Below, piece by piece: positions 45,829-55,056 of a DNA stretch of 64,000 nt (position 1 is its first letter; each line of letters starts with the position of its first letter). The stretch comes from a virus: the IMG/VR virus record IMGVR_UViG_3300023184_000083, positions 13,725-77,724 of that record; one strand, given 5' to 3'. The position numbers were made by a program, and so were the translations under genes. The notes under the pieces are model-generated. The model was not told where the DNA came from. It ran no database searches and worked only from the letters and a program-made list of their open reading frames with translations.

Positions 45829-46134
45829 ATGAAACCCCGTATATGCCAATCAAAAAAGAAAGACGGAAACCCCTGTAAAGGAAATGCATTAGGTGGCGGC
45901 TATTTCTGCTATGTACATCAAAACTCCAAAGACCCAATATTAATTAGAGACCCGTTACTAGAAGCAACGCGAGAATGGCACAACTCAATAGTAGCCCTCA
46001 TTGACTGGCACTACCGCACAGGCGGAGATGTCTCTGAAATTTTCGGAAAATATGTTCCGCCCCCAGAAAAAAACCCTTATCGCAAACAGGCAAACTTCAA
46101 CAAACGCGACACTTCGCCAAAACAAGGAATATAA
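45829..46134 (+). CDS. N-terminal C-x-C-x-C-H Zn-finger protein
   Basis: CQ..KKDG.PC......FC..H; AAGGA RBS. Confidence 0.6.
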   Translation: MKPRICQSKKKDGNPCKGNALGGGYFCYVHQNSKDPILIRDPLLEATREWHNSIVALIDWHYRTGGDVSEIFGKYVPPPEKNPYRKQANFNKRDTSPKQGI

Positions 46135-46338
46135 ATGTCTTACGATTTTTCATCAGACGGAATCAAGATTAAGGGCGACGACTCTTTCCATGTAATGAAG
46201 TTGACTGACGTAGACGAGTGGATTCTGCTTCGTCTTCGCAACGGAATCTCTTATAAGGCTGCATCGTTTGTGTCTCCAGACGAGGCACGGGCGTTCGCTC
46301 ACTCAATGGGGCTGGAACTCACTAGAAAAGAACAATAA
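46135..46338 (+). CDS. hypothetical protein
   Basis: AAGGA RBS. Confidence 0.5.
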   Translation: MSYDFSSDGIKIKGDDSFHVMKLTDVDEWILLRLRNGISYKAASFVSPDEARAFAHSMGLELTRKEQ

Positions 46339-46343
46339 GTATT

Positions 46344-46949
46344 GTGTATAAGTTACTAACAGTTGCACTGCTCTCTTTATTCCCCGCCTCTTCACATACG
46401 GCATGCTCAAACATTGTTCATGTAGGAGATTCGGTGACTCTTCACTCCATGAAGTACCAGTATTTGGAATATAAAAAAATTGGATACAAGAAGGCGGTTA
46501 TTTCTGCTGCCGGAAGTCGGTCTATTTTTACAAAAATGCCGAATGACAACTTCACTGGTTTAGAAGCCGTAAAACATTATAAAAAGCATTCGGATAAAAA
46601 TACATGCTGGGTTATTGCTCTTGGAACAAACGACTCAGGACTGATTAAGTACTGGAGCGCCAAGTCGGCAATTATGGCGATAGTTCATGAGATACCGAAC
46701 GCCAACATACTGTGGATAAATATTTGGAAGAGCAGTAGCAAGCACAATGGCCCTAGTGCTACTGAGTGGAACGATGCGCTTGACACAATTTCGGGTAATT
46801 ACGAAAATATGATGGTCCTAGACTGGGCAAAAATAGCATCAAAACATAGGAAATGGTTGAATCCAGATGGAGTTCACTACAATATGCTCGGTTCTCAGAA
46901 TCGCGCAAGGATTGTTGCTAGGGAAGTTAATAGTCTTTGGGGAAACTAG
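46344..46949 (+). CDS. exported SGNH/GDSL hydrolase (OatA-C-like esterase/acyltransferase)
   Basis: Signal peptide; GDS, G.R, LGTND, DGVH blocks. Confidence 0.8.
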   Translation: MYKLLTVALLSLFPASSHTACSNIVHVGDSVTLHSMKYQYLEYKKIGYKKAVISAAGSRSIFTKMPNDNFTGLEAVKHYKKHSDKNTCWVIALGTNDSGLIKYWSAKSAIMAIVHEIPNANILWINIWKSSSKHNGPSATEWNDALDTISGNYENMMVLDWAKIASKHRKWLNPDGVHYNMLGSQNRARIVAREVNSLWGN

Positions 46950-47431
46950 GACTTGCCGGCGATGTAGGCAATAAGTTCATCCATGCTTCGCAGGTCACGT
47001 TTGTTGACAATATAGAAGTTGTCTGTTAACTCCTGTTTTTTGTCGTAAAGATTCTTCTGCCCCCATCTATCTTTTGAAGACGGTCCGACAGCCAGCATTG
47101 CTCCTGTTTTTTTGCTTCGCAGAATATAAGCAAGCGGCTTTTGTTGTTTGTCTTCGTAACTGTTTACGGTATCAACGATGGTTGTAGGGAAAGGAAAGTC
47201 TTTTGGGTCCCATCCAAACTCTATGCTGACGTTCTTCACCTCTAGAACATGTGGAATTAAGTCCAGAACGATGTCTTTTTCTGTAAGGGTCATATGGCGA
47301 CGCTCGCTACTGTTTTTGGCTATCTGAAGTTCTGGGACAGTGCACGGTATGCCGTTATCAATCAGATATTGCGCAACTATTTTGTTGTAGGAGTGACCTT
47401 CTGTAAAAGCCTTCACATAGTCGTAACTCAT
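46946..47431 (-). CDS. PD-(D/E)xK-like protein
   Basis: KDI......LEVK. Confidence 0.5.
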   Translation of the reverse strand: MSYDYVKAFTEGHSYNKIVAQYLIDNGIPCTVPELQIAKNSSERRHMTLTEKDIVLDLIPHVLEVKNVSIEFGWDPKDFPFPTTIVDTVNSYEDKQQKPLAYILRSKKTGAMLAVGPSSKDRWGQKNLYDKKQELTDNFYIVNKRDLRSMDELIAYIAGKS

Positions 47432-47483
47432 TGTTACCCTTCTTGCATGTTTGAGATAGTCGGGCTAGATTAAACCAATATAA

Positions 47484-47556
47484 GCCCTCGTGGCGCAGTG
47501 GATAGCGCAACGGACTTCTAATCCGCAGGTCGTTGGTTCAAATCCAACCGAGGGCG
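47484..47556 (+). tRNA. tRNA-Arg(TCT)
   Basis: GCCCTCG/CGAGGGC acceptor; anticodon loop CTTCTAA; T-arm GTTGG-TTCAAAT-CCAAC; no encoded CCA. Confidence 0.9.
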
Positions 47557-47808
47557 CTGAGTGGAAAATTTTTTTCCTTGAGTAGTGATACGTATCGCTC
47601 TAGGTATTTTGGGGTCAACTTCAATAAAACCTGCTATCACGCATTTGTTTAATACTTTATAGGCTGTAGCAGATGACCGTAAATCAAGCGCATCTGAAAT
47701 ATTTCTGATAGACGGTGGATAACCCTTTTCAGTTATGTAGGAGGAGATGAAAGAAACAGTCTTCTTTACTTCCTTGTCAAAGTCGTAAGTGTGTTTAGGC
47801 GGTTTCAC
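47518..47808 (-). CDS. LexA N-terminal DNA-binding domain protein (no S24 peptidase domain)
   Basis: FI..YI.E.GYPPSIR.I...L.L.S.AT....L......GFI..DP..PRAI. Confidence 0.8.
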   Translation of the reverse strand: MKPPKHTYDFDKEVKKTVSFISSYITEKGYPPSIRNISDALDLRSSATAYKVLNKCVIAGFIEVDPKIPRAIRITTQGKKFSTQRPRLDLNQRPAD

Positions 47809-48112
47809 TTTTCTTCTTCTTTCGTAGGTTTGCAGTCTTTGTTCTGTCGTATTCGCGCTTGCGTAAGAACTCAGCATCACAAGCGAAGTAGTACTCCATC
47901 CCCCAGATAGCAGAGGGGTGTAGCCCGAGGGAGTCAGACATATCTTCCGCCCTATGAATGGGTACTCCAGAGGTGCGCCAAGTTATCAGTGCTCTCCTGC
48001 CGCATCCACACATTGCTGCGATATGTTCCCATCCAATGTCTGCATCTGCAAATAGTTCAATAACGGGCTCAAGAGGGAGCGTTATTGGCTTTAGGTGTTC
48101 AGGAGCAATCAT
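47795..48112 (-). CDS. XRE-like HTH protein
   Basis: IAAMCGCGRRALITWRTSG....A......LGLHP..IWG. Confidence 0.6.
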   Translation of the reverse strand: MIAPEHLKPITLPLEPVIELFADADIGWEHIAAMCGCGRRALITWRTSGVPIHRAEDMSDSLGLHPSAIWGMEYYFACDAEFLRKREYDRTKTANLRKKKKSETA

Positions 48113-48196
48113 TCTTGCCTTTAATGAGGCCGGCAAAGAATCCAACAAAAAACCCAATTAGAATCCCGGCAAAATATAGATAGAATCTTTGAAACA

Positions 48197-48424
48197 TTAT
48201 TTTTCCTTCCAAAGAGGGTCAAGTTCAACACCGTACAACTTGCGAAAATCGGAGTAAATAGCCTTTATTGATTTGGGCGTTCCGTGAGTTGAGTAAATTC
48301 TACCAGGAATGTGTTTTGGTGGCGTTATTTTGAAGGTGTTGTTAACGTGACGAACAGAGAAACCAAGTTTCTCTATCTCTCTTAGAAGGTTTTTTACTTC
48401 TTTGCTTCCGTGGGCACGTGCCAT
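48197..48424 (-). CDS. HicA-like dsRBD-fold protein
   Basis: KEV..L....EK.GF.V.....KI.PP......TP; AAGGAG RBS. Confidence 0.55.
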   Translation of the reverse strand: MARAHGSKEVKNLLREIEKLGFSVRHVNNTFKITPPKHIPGRIYSTHGTPKSIKAIYSDFRKLYGVELDPLWKEK

Positions 48425-48601
48425 TTGGGTGCTTCTCCTTATTAGTAATACCCGCTTATGGGGTATAAGAGAAAGATACCCGTAATTGGCAATTTTGACA
48501 ACCTATTGTTGAAATAAAATTCAAAGTGAGGGTTGGTGATTTTTTAAAGACTCCGTATATTGGTCTTACACCTATTGTCTACCTGCAAAGGATTGCTAAT
48601 T

Positions 48602-48817
48602 ATGACTAACTACAACGAACTCAAGCGCTCAGGGCTAGGACGTGGACGACCGCGACTTTCTGATGAAGACAAAGCAGAGCGCAAGCGTACAAATGCTATT
48701 CGTCAAGAGGCGAGGCGTCGTGCGCATATTGTTTTACAACATCGCCATAGCGATGAGTACGAACAACTGTTTAATGAAGAGTTGTTTAATCTTCTAGGAA
48801 CAGAAGAAAACGATTAA
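48602..48817 (+). CDS. AT-hook-containing basic protein
   Basis: GRGRPR. Confidence 0.55.
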   Translation: MTNYNELKRSGLGRGRPRLSDEDKAERKRTNAIRQEARRRAHIVLQHRHSDEYEQLFNEELFNLLGTEEND

Positions 48818-49122
48818 CTGCGAATAAAAGCGCGAATACGGGCAATAATTCCCTTTTTGGCTTCATTGACATTCTTGTCAAAAAAGTCTTCCGCAAACGC
48901 AAGAACGTGCTCAACGTTTTGCTCAACAGTATTATCGTCAAAACCAAGCAAGTCGGCGACGTCCTTGACTGCCTTTGGTGCAGCCTTCTTTGATGCGGCC
49001 TTCTTTGGTGCGGTCTTCTTCTTAACGGGAGCCTTCTTTGCTGCTGCTTTTTTCTTTGCAGGAGCCTTTTTTGCAGGAGCCTTCTTCGCTTTTGTCTTCT
49101 TTTTTTGTGGTTCTTTTGCCAT
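48814..49122 (-). CDS. histone-H1-like Lys/Ala-rich protein
   Basis: Repeated KKAPAKK N-terminus. Confidence 0.65.
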   Translation of the reverse strand: MAKEPQKKKTKAKKAPAKKAPAKKKAAAKKAPVKKKTAPKKAASKKAAPKAVKDVADLLGFDDNTVEQNVEHVLAFAEDFFDKNVNEAKKGIIARIRAFIRS

Positions 49123-49200
49123 GGCGGAAATACTAATACATTGTTGTAACCATCGGCGGAACTTCCATATTTTTACGAGTCCTTATACTAGGATTTTTTT

Positions 49201-49836
49201 ATGGAAGACATTTATATTGATGACCTTCAAAAATTAGCATTAACATTGACTTCGGCGCAATTGGCAAAAAGAGCCTTTGTATCGGATATGGGCATCGGTG
49301 AAGATATTGCTTTCAACTTTTTTGGATGGCAGAACAACAGAATTGCGCTTATAGCGCAGTTAAACAGGCCTTTAATGAGTCTCAAGCCAGAACAGAGGTT
49401 TGGCGTCTGTGCTGACCTATGCATGGCTATGCGGACATATTGGGGGGTGGATGCCATTTCTATGGTCGCAGAGGGCTGGATTTCAAAAGACCCCGAAAAG
49501 ACCAAGGGTTTAGACCTTCAGAAGGCTTTTGCTAAAAAAGACAGCGAAGTAAGGGAGTGCATCACTATTACTCACGCTGAACTTGATGAAGATGGCGAGA
49601 CTTCAGTTCAATTACTGGCTTGCCCATACGAATACGAATTGGGAAGAAAAGTAAATTTCAAAGATGTTGTTTACTACCGGGATGGTGCCGTCAAGATTAT
49701 TAGAGATAAAAAATTTCCCGCAATGATGATTAAGTGCTTGATGGCAGAGGTTGTGGATAACGTCCCAAGAAATTTAATTGATGATGTAATTCTTGACTTT
49801 CAAGACAAAGGAATTTTCACGCAAGAATTTGCCTAG
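49201..49836 (+). CDS. hypothetical protein
   Basis: 211-aa ORF. Confidence 0.65.
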   Translation: MEDIYIDDLQKLALTLTSAQLAKRAFVSDMGIGEDIAFNFFGWQNNRIALIAQLNRPLMSLKPEQRFGVCADLCMAMRTYWGVDAISMVAEGWISKDPEKTKGLDLQKAFAKKDSEVRECITITHAELDEDGETSVQLLACPYEYELGRKVNFKDVVYYRDGAVKIIRDKKFPAMMIKCLMAEVVDNVPRNLIDDVILDFQDKGIFTQEFA

Positions 49837-49908
49837 TACCCCCGGGTGGAATTGAACCACCTTAACGACCTTATAAGAGTCGCGTCTTAACCAGTAGACG
49901 ACGAGGGC
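49837..49908 (-). tRNA. tRNA-Ile(TAT)
   Basis: Minus strand: GCCCTCG..CGACT-CTTATAA-GGTCG..GGTGG-TTCAATT-CCACC-CGGGGGT-A, 72 nt. Confidence 0.85.
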
Positions 49909-49924
49909 GTGATAAAATCAAAGT

Positions 49925-50224
49925 ATGTACGGAGACGAGCCAGTAAGACTATTTGATGGCGTTACGCTCCTTAGGGCAACAAGACAGCCTTGCCCTGTCT
50001 GTGGACAAGCGAATGGTGATTGTATTGGTACTTCTGCACCTCCGTCACATATTTCTGGCATGGGTGGAGTTTATGAGTCCCAAAAAGAAATTGCAACAAT
50101 GCTTGTTGAAAAAGATATTTTTGAGGAAAGACAAATAAATCCTTATTTCAAAACACGTGTTTTGCTTCACCCTAAGGGTTCTTACATCACTGTTGAGCAG
50201 GCTAAAAATTTAGGACTACTTTAG
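49925..50224 (+). CDS. hypothetical protein with CPVC
   Basis: 99-aa ORF. Confidence 0.55.
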   Translation: MYGDEPVRLFDGVTLLRATRQPCPVCGQANGDCIGTSAPPSHISGMGGVYESQKEIATMLVEKDIFEERQINPYFKTRVLLHPKGSYITVEQAKNLGLL

Positions 50225-50295
50225 ACGCTTTCACTATTTGTTGATACGGTATCATCTACTACTCACCTTAAAAAATAGATAAGAAAGTTGGACAG

Positions 50296-52227
50296 ATGGC
50301 TACCATCTTGAGCCCTGAATTTGTAAGTTCCTATTCCCAAACACCGGTTCCTTGGGGTTTTAACGGAATGGGAGAGATTGTTTATCTCCGCACTTATAGT
50401 CGTCCTAAAGAAGATGGCGACAACGAAACCTGGGCAGAAACTCTTGAGCGAGTAATTAATGGTGCTAATGAAATTGGTGCAGAACTTACTCGTGAAGAAG
50501 CAGAAAAACTTTTTGACCATTGCTACAACTTGCGTTGTTCTTTGTCTGGTCGTTCGCTTTGGCAACTCGGTACACCTCTTGTAAAGAAGTTCAATGCAAC
50601 CTCTCTTAACAACTGTTACTTCACAAATATTGAAAAAATTGAAGACTTTGAAATTTTATTTGACTACCTCATGCTTGGTGGCGGAGTCGGTTTCTCTGTT
50701 GAGCGTTCAAAGATTCACGACCTTCCAAAAGTTAAAATGAATGTATCTGTTACTCATGAGCGCACAAATGATGCTGACATCATTGTTCCCGACTCTCGTA
50801 CTGGTTGGCGTCGTCTTCTTCATAGCGTATTGAAGTCATACTTTGAGACTGGCAAGTCTTTTACGTATTCCACAATTTTGGTTCGTGAATTTGGAGCACC
50901 ACTAAAAACTTTTGGTGGAACAGCGAGCGGACCTGGTGCACTCATTGACGGCATTGAAGACATTTCTAAAGTTTTGAAAAACCGCGAAGGAAAAAAACTT
51001 AGGTCTATTGATGTTTTAGATATATGTAACATCATTGGAAAAATTGTTGTTTCCGGTTCATCACGTCGTTCAGCACAAATAGCGATGGGTGACCCAGATG
51101 ACGTTCTTTTCCTTCGTGCCAAAAACTGGGCATCAGGCAATGTTCCAGCATGGCGCGCAAACTCAAATAACAGCATTTACGCAGACCATTTTGATGAAAT
51201 CATGCCAGAACTATGGAAGGGTTATGACGGCTCTGGTGAACCTTACGGTTTATTGAATCGCCGTCTTGCTCGTACTTATGGTCGCCTTGGCGAAAAGAAC
51301 CAAGACAATTCAATTGAAGGCTTTAACCCATGTGCAGAGATTGCTCTTGGAGACGGTGAGTCCTGCAACCTTTCAACAATCTTCTTGCCGAACATTGCGT
51401 CAAAAGAGCAGTTGCTTGAAATCTCCTATCTTCTCTACCGAGTTCAGAAGCAAATCACTCAACTTGATTATCCATATGAAAAGACGACAAACATCGTAAA
51501 GAAGAACGCTCGTCTTGGACAGTCCGTAACTGGTGTTCTTCAGTCAAGCGAGGAGCAGTTGTCATGGCTTGAAGATGCATACATTGCCTTGCGTGCTGCT
51601 GATGCTTCTTGGTCAAACATGAAGAAGTTTAGTAAGTCAATTCGTCTTACAACTGTTCAGCCTTCGGGAACTCTTTCTCTTCTTCCTGGAGTAACTCCAG
51701 GAATCCATCCAGCGTTTGCTCGTTTCTATATTCGCCGTGTGCGTTTTGGTGCTGCTGACCCTCTTGTGGAGTCGTGCCGCAAGCGTGGATACAAGGTCCA
51801 GTGGGATATTGGAATTGATGGACGCGAAGACCACACACGTTATGTAGTTGAGTTTCCTTGTGAGTCTCCAGAAAAAGCAATTCTTGCAAAAGACATGACT
51901 GCAGTAGAACAACTTGAGTGGGTAAAGAAGATGCAAACAGACTGGGCAGATAATGCTGTTTCTGTAACTGTTTATTACCGCAAGGAAGAATTGGGACTAA
52001 TTAAAGATTGGCTCGCTGCTAACTATGACGACAGCGTAAAGTCTGTTTCATTCTTGCTGCATGCTGACCACAACTTCCCACTTCCTCCATATGAGGAGAT
52101 TGACGAAGAAATGTACAAGAAGTTGCTTAGCAAAATTGACTTTACGATTCCTCTTTATGTTTCTAAGGCAACAAAAGATGAAATTAATCTTGATGATTGT
52201 GCTACTGGCGCTTGCCCAATTAAATAA
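50296..52227 (+). CDS. nrdJ: class II (AdoCbl-dependent) ribonucleotide reductase
   Basis: RTYSR, LNNC, NPCAEI..E.CNL, TTVQPSGT, C-terminal CATGACP; no small-subunit gene. Confidence 0.9.
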   Translation: MATILSPEFVSSYSQTPVPWGFNGMGEIVYLRTYSRPKEDGDNETWAETLERVINGANEIGAELTREEAEKLFDHCYNLRCSLSGRSLWQLGTPLVKKFNATSLNNCYFTNIEKIEDFEILFDYLMLGGGVGFSVERSKIHDLPKVKMNVSVTHERTNDADIIVPDSRTGWRRLLHSVLKSYFETGKSFTYSTILVREFGAPLKTFGGTASGPGALIDGIEDISKVLKNREGKKLRSIDVLDICNIIGKIVVSGSSRRSAQIAMGDPDDVLFLRAKNWASGNVPAWRANSNNSIYADHFDEIMPELWKGYDGSGEPYGLLNRRLARTYGRLGEKNQDNSIEGFNPCAEIALGDGESCNLSTIFLPNIASKEQLLEISYLLYRVQKQITQLDYPYEKTTNIVKKNARLGQSVTGVLQSSEEQLSWLEDAYIALRAADASWSNMKKFSKSIRLTTVQPSGTLSLLPGVTPGIHPAFARFYIRRVRFGAADPLVESCRKRGYKVQWDIGIDGREDHTRYVVEFPCESPEKAILAKDMTAVEQLEWVKKMQTDWADNAVSVTVYYRKEELGLIKDWLAANYDDSVKSVSFLLHADHNFPLPPYEEIDEEMYKKLLSKIDFTIPLYVSKATKDEINLDDCATGACPIK

Positions 52228-52326
52228 AGTAACAATTGACATAAAAGTTATTAGGACGTAATCGGACATGTTGTATTATGTATTGGTACGGCGTTGTGTG
52301 CAGTACAAAGTAAAATAGGAGACCAC

Positions 52327-52719
52327 ATGTCCGCAATTACCCCCCCATCAACCGTCACGTTAGAGATGGAAGGCGTTCTCTCTACCAGTCTGGTAGCAAA
52401 GGTAGCACTTCCTTACGCTGGAAAGATTGTTGCTGCTTACGCTAACGTTTCAACAGCCCCTACTGGTGCCGCTCTGAACTTCCGCCTTGTTAAAGGCAGT
52501 GCTATTGCTGGAGTTTTCTCCATTGCTATTGGCGCAGAAAATGACGAAGCAACGCTTACTGAAGCAAATTGCACATTTGCTAAGGGCGACATTATTGCTG
52601 TCACCGTTCAGCAAATTGGTAGTTCCTACGCAGGCAAGGACCTTACGGTTTCCTTGGCAATCTCCGGCGTAAGCGATGCAACACCAAAGACTGCATACGT
52701 AGACTTCTACGGCAATTAA
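52327..52719 (+). CDS. small beta-rich structural-type protein
   Basis: TAPTGA....GD.....V.QIGS...G.DL.V pattern seen in virion accessory proteins. Confidence 0.5.
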   Translation: MSAITPPSTVTLEMEGVLSTSLVAKVALPYAGKIVAAYANVSTAPTGAALNFRLVKGSAIAGVFSIAIGAENDEATLTEANCTFAKGDIIAVTVQQIGSSYAGKDLTVSLAISGVSDATPKTAYVDFYGN

Positions 52720-52734
52720 AAACTCTTAAAGAGG

Positions 52735-52768
52735 AAGCCCCATGTTGTTTGATGCAGTGTGGGGCTTT
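52735..52768. terminator. bidirectional hairpin between convergent genes
   Basis: AAGCCCCA...TGGGGCTT. Confidence 0.6.
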
Positions 52769-53099
52769 ACTTTTTTACAAGACCGTCCGGAATAACCGCA
52801 AATCTGCATATTCCATCTGGGTGTACTTCCGCTGCGATAATCTTGCAATTCGTACCGCCCTGATACAGGACACAATTTGAGCACTTTACGCCAATGCCGG
52901 CGTCTTCGTTGTCTTCTGGCTTTTCATACCCTGCCCAGATTCCGGAATAATCTTCATTAAATTTCCCATACTTTTGAGCAATTGCTGAAAGTGCTTCTGC
53001 AAGTTCACGTTCTTCAGGAACAAGGACAGGTTTTTCTTCCTGCGAAATATGCACAGACATTCCGGGAAACATTAATTTGATTAGTTCTTCAGCATTCAT
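52767..53099 (-). CDS. HiPIP-like 4-Cys domain protein
   Basis: Y......KCSNCVLY....C.II...V.P.G.C. Confidence 0.6.
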   Translation of the reverse strand: MNAEELIKLMFPGMSVHISQEEKPVLVPEERELAEALSAIAQKYGKFNEDYSGIWAGYEKPEDNEDAGIGVKCSNCVLYQGGTNCKIIAAEVHPDGICRFAVIPDGLVKK

Positions 53100-53100
53100 T

Positions 53101-53958
53101 TTATTGCCTCGCTGCCCATGCATTGTCTATGAGATTCGGGTATCTACGACCAGCCTTTTTTGCACGAGCCTTTGCTTTTGCTTTTTGCTCATCTGAAAGC
53201 CCGTGAGAATCATCGTTAGAATTTAACGGTTTTTCCCAAAAAGGCTTATCCCCTGCTTTTGTTTCAATCTCTTCTTGCAGGTCGTCTTTTTTCTTTTTGC
53301 TCGCTTGGTATCTGTCAAGCATTCGGCGACCTTTGGCTGCCAGCGCTGCAGCATCTTCGGCGTTTTGGGGAACTGGTTCACCCCATGCGGCAGCAGATAG
53401 CGCTAGGCGTGTTGGCTTGCCGTTTTCGTCCTTCATGGGACCCGATGGATTGGTGAAGAACCTGGTCAGAAATGAACCCTTGCGACGCATCTTCTGTGGC
53501 GTGTCAGCAGCGCCCATAACTCCTGGTTTGAGGTTCGCCCCCTCTGTTCTCTTGAAGTGCGCTCTACCGGCCGCTGTGAGGCCTCCCTTGGGATTCTTGA
53601 AGGGGCTTTTGGCTCTCTTTTGGTGAATAACATCAGTCTGTGCGGCAATGAGTTTCTTCATTGACTTTTCTCCGATTTGCCCAACCGCAAGCCATTTAAC
53701 TTGTGCTACTACGCCAGCAAGAGTGTGGTCATTTTTGTGACGGGCAATCCATGAGTCACGGAGTTCAAGAATGTCTGCTTGCTCTGGGGTGAGTGCGTAG
53801 CCGTTCTGTGTCACTATTTCTGACAGTGCAGAGAAAGCATTATTTCCATATGAACCGCCAGCCATATCCCATATTTCAGGAAACATTGTCTTTAGTTGAA
53901 CAGCGTATTCGTAATCAAATACTGCGGTTTGTCTTTCGTGTAGGGAAAACTCATCCAT
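53101..53958 (-). CDS. mosaic head-region protein (DUF6321-like middle domain)
   Basis: KNPKGGLTAAGR..F....G.NLKPGV...RR.SF..RF; C-terminal A..AGR.YPNL.DN. Confidence 0.65.
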   Translation of the reverse strand: MDEFSLHERQTAVFDYEYAVQLKTMFPEIWDMAGGSYGNNAFSALSEIVTQNGYALTPEQADILELRDSWIARHKNDHTLAGVVAQVKWLAVGQIGEKSMKKLIAAQTDVIHQKRAKSPFKNPKGGLTAAGRAHFKRTEGANLKPGVMGAADTPQKMRRKGSFLTRFFTNPSGPMKDENGKPTRLALSAAAWGEPVPQNAEDAAALAAKGRRMLDRYQASKKKKDDLQEEIETKAGDKPFWEKPLNSNDDSHGLSDEQKAKAKARAKKAGRRYPNLIDNAWAARQ

Positions 53959-54205
53959 TTGATTTCTTCTTGTCAAACTCTTCTTCTGCTTTTATAAATG
54001 CTTCCATCAGTTTCTTAACTTCTTCTGTTGGTTCAGGGTCTATGCCGTATATCTTTTGATTTGCGACATCTATCCCGGCAGCCTCTGCTATTACGTCAAA
54101 TTTTTCGGCATTTTCTTGCCAGTCTCTCCACATACTGTACGCTTTTAAGGCTTTTTCTTGCCATTGCGCTTCAGTTTGGCCTTCATACCTTGGGGGTATT
54201 TGCAT
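53951..54205 (-). CDS. hypothetical protein
   Basis: AAGGGG RBS; coupled. Confidence 0.55.
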   Translation of the reverse strand: MQIPPRYEGQTEAQWQEKALKAYSMWRDWQENAEKFDVIAEAAGIDVANQKIYGIDPEPTEEVKKLMEAFIKAEEEFDKKKSNG

Positions 54206-54332
54206 TTGCGTCCCCTTGTTTTTTTCTGCGTTCAATAAGCGCCTCAATTTGAGACACGTTCATGCCACTTTTTTTTGCGACCTTTTTCATTTCTTCAGGT
54301 TCATCAAGAATCTCATAACTAGGCGTTGTCAT
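54183..54332 (-). CDS. small protein (49 aa)
   Basis: Hand-translated MTTPSYEILDEPEE...; AAGGA RBS. Confidence 0.45.
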   Translation of the reverse strand: MTTPSYEILDEPEEMKKVAKKSGMNVSQIEALIERRKKQGDANANTPKV

Positions 54333-54477
54333 CTGGCATTCCTTTTTCCATCTTTTTCTTTGCCACTAGTTTCTTGCCGCTATCTATGACCCAGTCTTCA
54401 AACTCATCTGGAATACCTCTTGATTGCGATGCAAACTTAATATATGCGTCTAATGAATCGTCATCATCAGGGGACAT
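54319..54477 (-). CDS. small acidic protein (52 aa)
   Basis: Hand-translated MSPDDDDSLDAY...; AAGGA RBS. Confidence 0.45.
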   Translation of the reverse strand: MSPDDDDSLDAYIKFASQSRGIPDEFEDWVIDSGKKLVAKKKMEKGMPDDNA

Positions 54478-54494
54478 TTTTTTAATTCCTTAGT

Positions 54495-54974
54495 TTATTT
54501 AGATGTTACTTTTTTATCGGTAGTAGTTGGTCCACCAACTACCCAAGCGTCACAAGTACGTTGAGAATGGCACTTGAAGTCAAAGGCTTCGCAGTAACCT
54601 ATCTTGCCGGCGTCAATGATGTCCCACGCGGCACCTGATTCATTTCCAAGCGCCTTATCAATGCAGTCAAGAATACGTGGAGAGCGTACAAAAAGAAGAC
54701 AGTTTCCACATCGTGACTTCTTTGCATCTTCTTCAGAAACGCTCCATCTCTTTGCTTTTGCTGGCCAAAACTTAGCATCTGGCTCCATTGGGTTCATTGG
54801 TCCATAGGCTGCGGTATCAATCGCATTTTGGCGATTCTTTATGTTTACAGCAATGCTTTGAGTTGCTGGGGGGCAAGACTCCCCAGAGTCTTTTGTTGAA
54901 ACCTCTGTGTTAAATAAAAACTTAACGCTAGTGATTTTTTCGCTTAAAGCGCTAAATGTGTTTTCTATTGTCAT
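54495..54974 (-). CDS. Cys-rich head-region protein (HiPIP-like spacing)
   Basis: CP.AT...N.KNR...YGP.NP...CGNC..F...GYC...DFKC...RTCDAW. Confidence 0.65.
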   Translation of the reverse strand: MTIENTFSALSEKITSVKFLFNTEVSTKDSGESCPPATQSIAVNIKNRQNAIDTAAYGPMNPMEPDAKFWPAKAKRWSVSEEDAKKSRCGNCLLFVRSPRILDCIDKALGNESGAAWDIIDAGKIGYCEAFDFKCHSQRTCDAWVVGGPTTTDKKVTSK

Positions 54975-55056
54975 GTAATAATTCTACTTCATAAATGAAC
55001 AGCCCCAGCAACCATCTCTGATTGCTGGGGCTGCCGCCTAAGGTAGCGGATGTTTA

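Noticed and set aside
46711-49760. Single TGTGGATAA matches inside CDSs (46711, 49752)
   Set aside because: Isolated and coding; treated as background
47484-49908. tRNAs as prophage attachment sites
   Set aside because: Both are full length, no duplicated 3' fragment, no integrase, phage genes on both sides
27563-52227. Inteins or introns in helicase, primase or RNR
   Set aside because: Lengths are typical; no intein splice or LAGLIDADG motifs; no frame breaks
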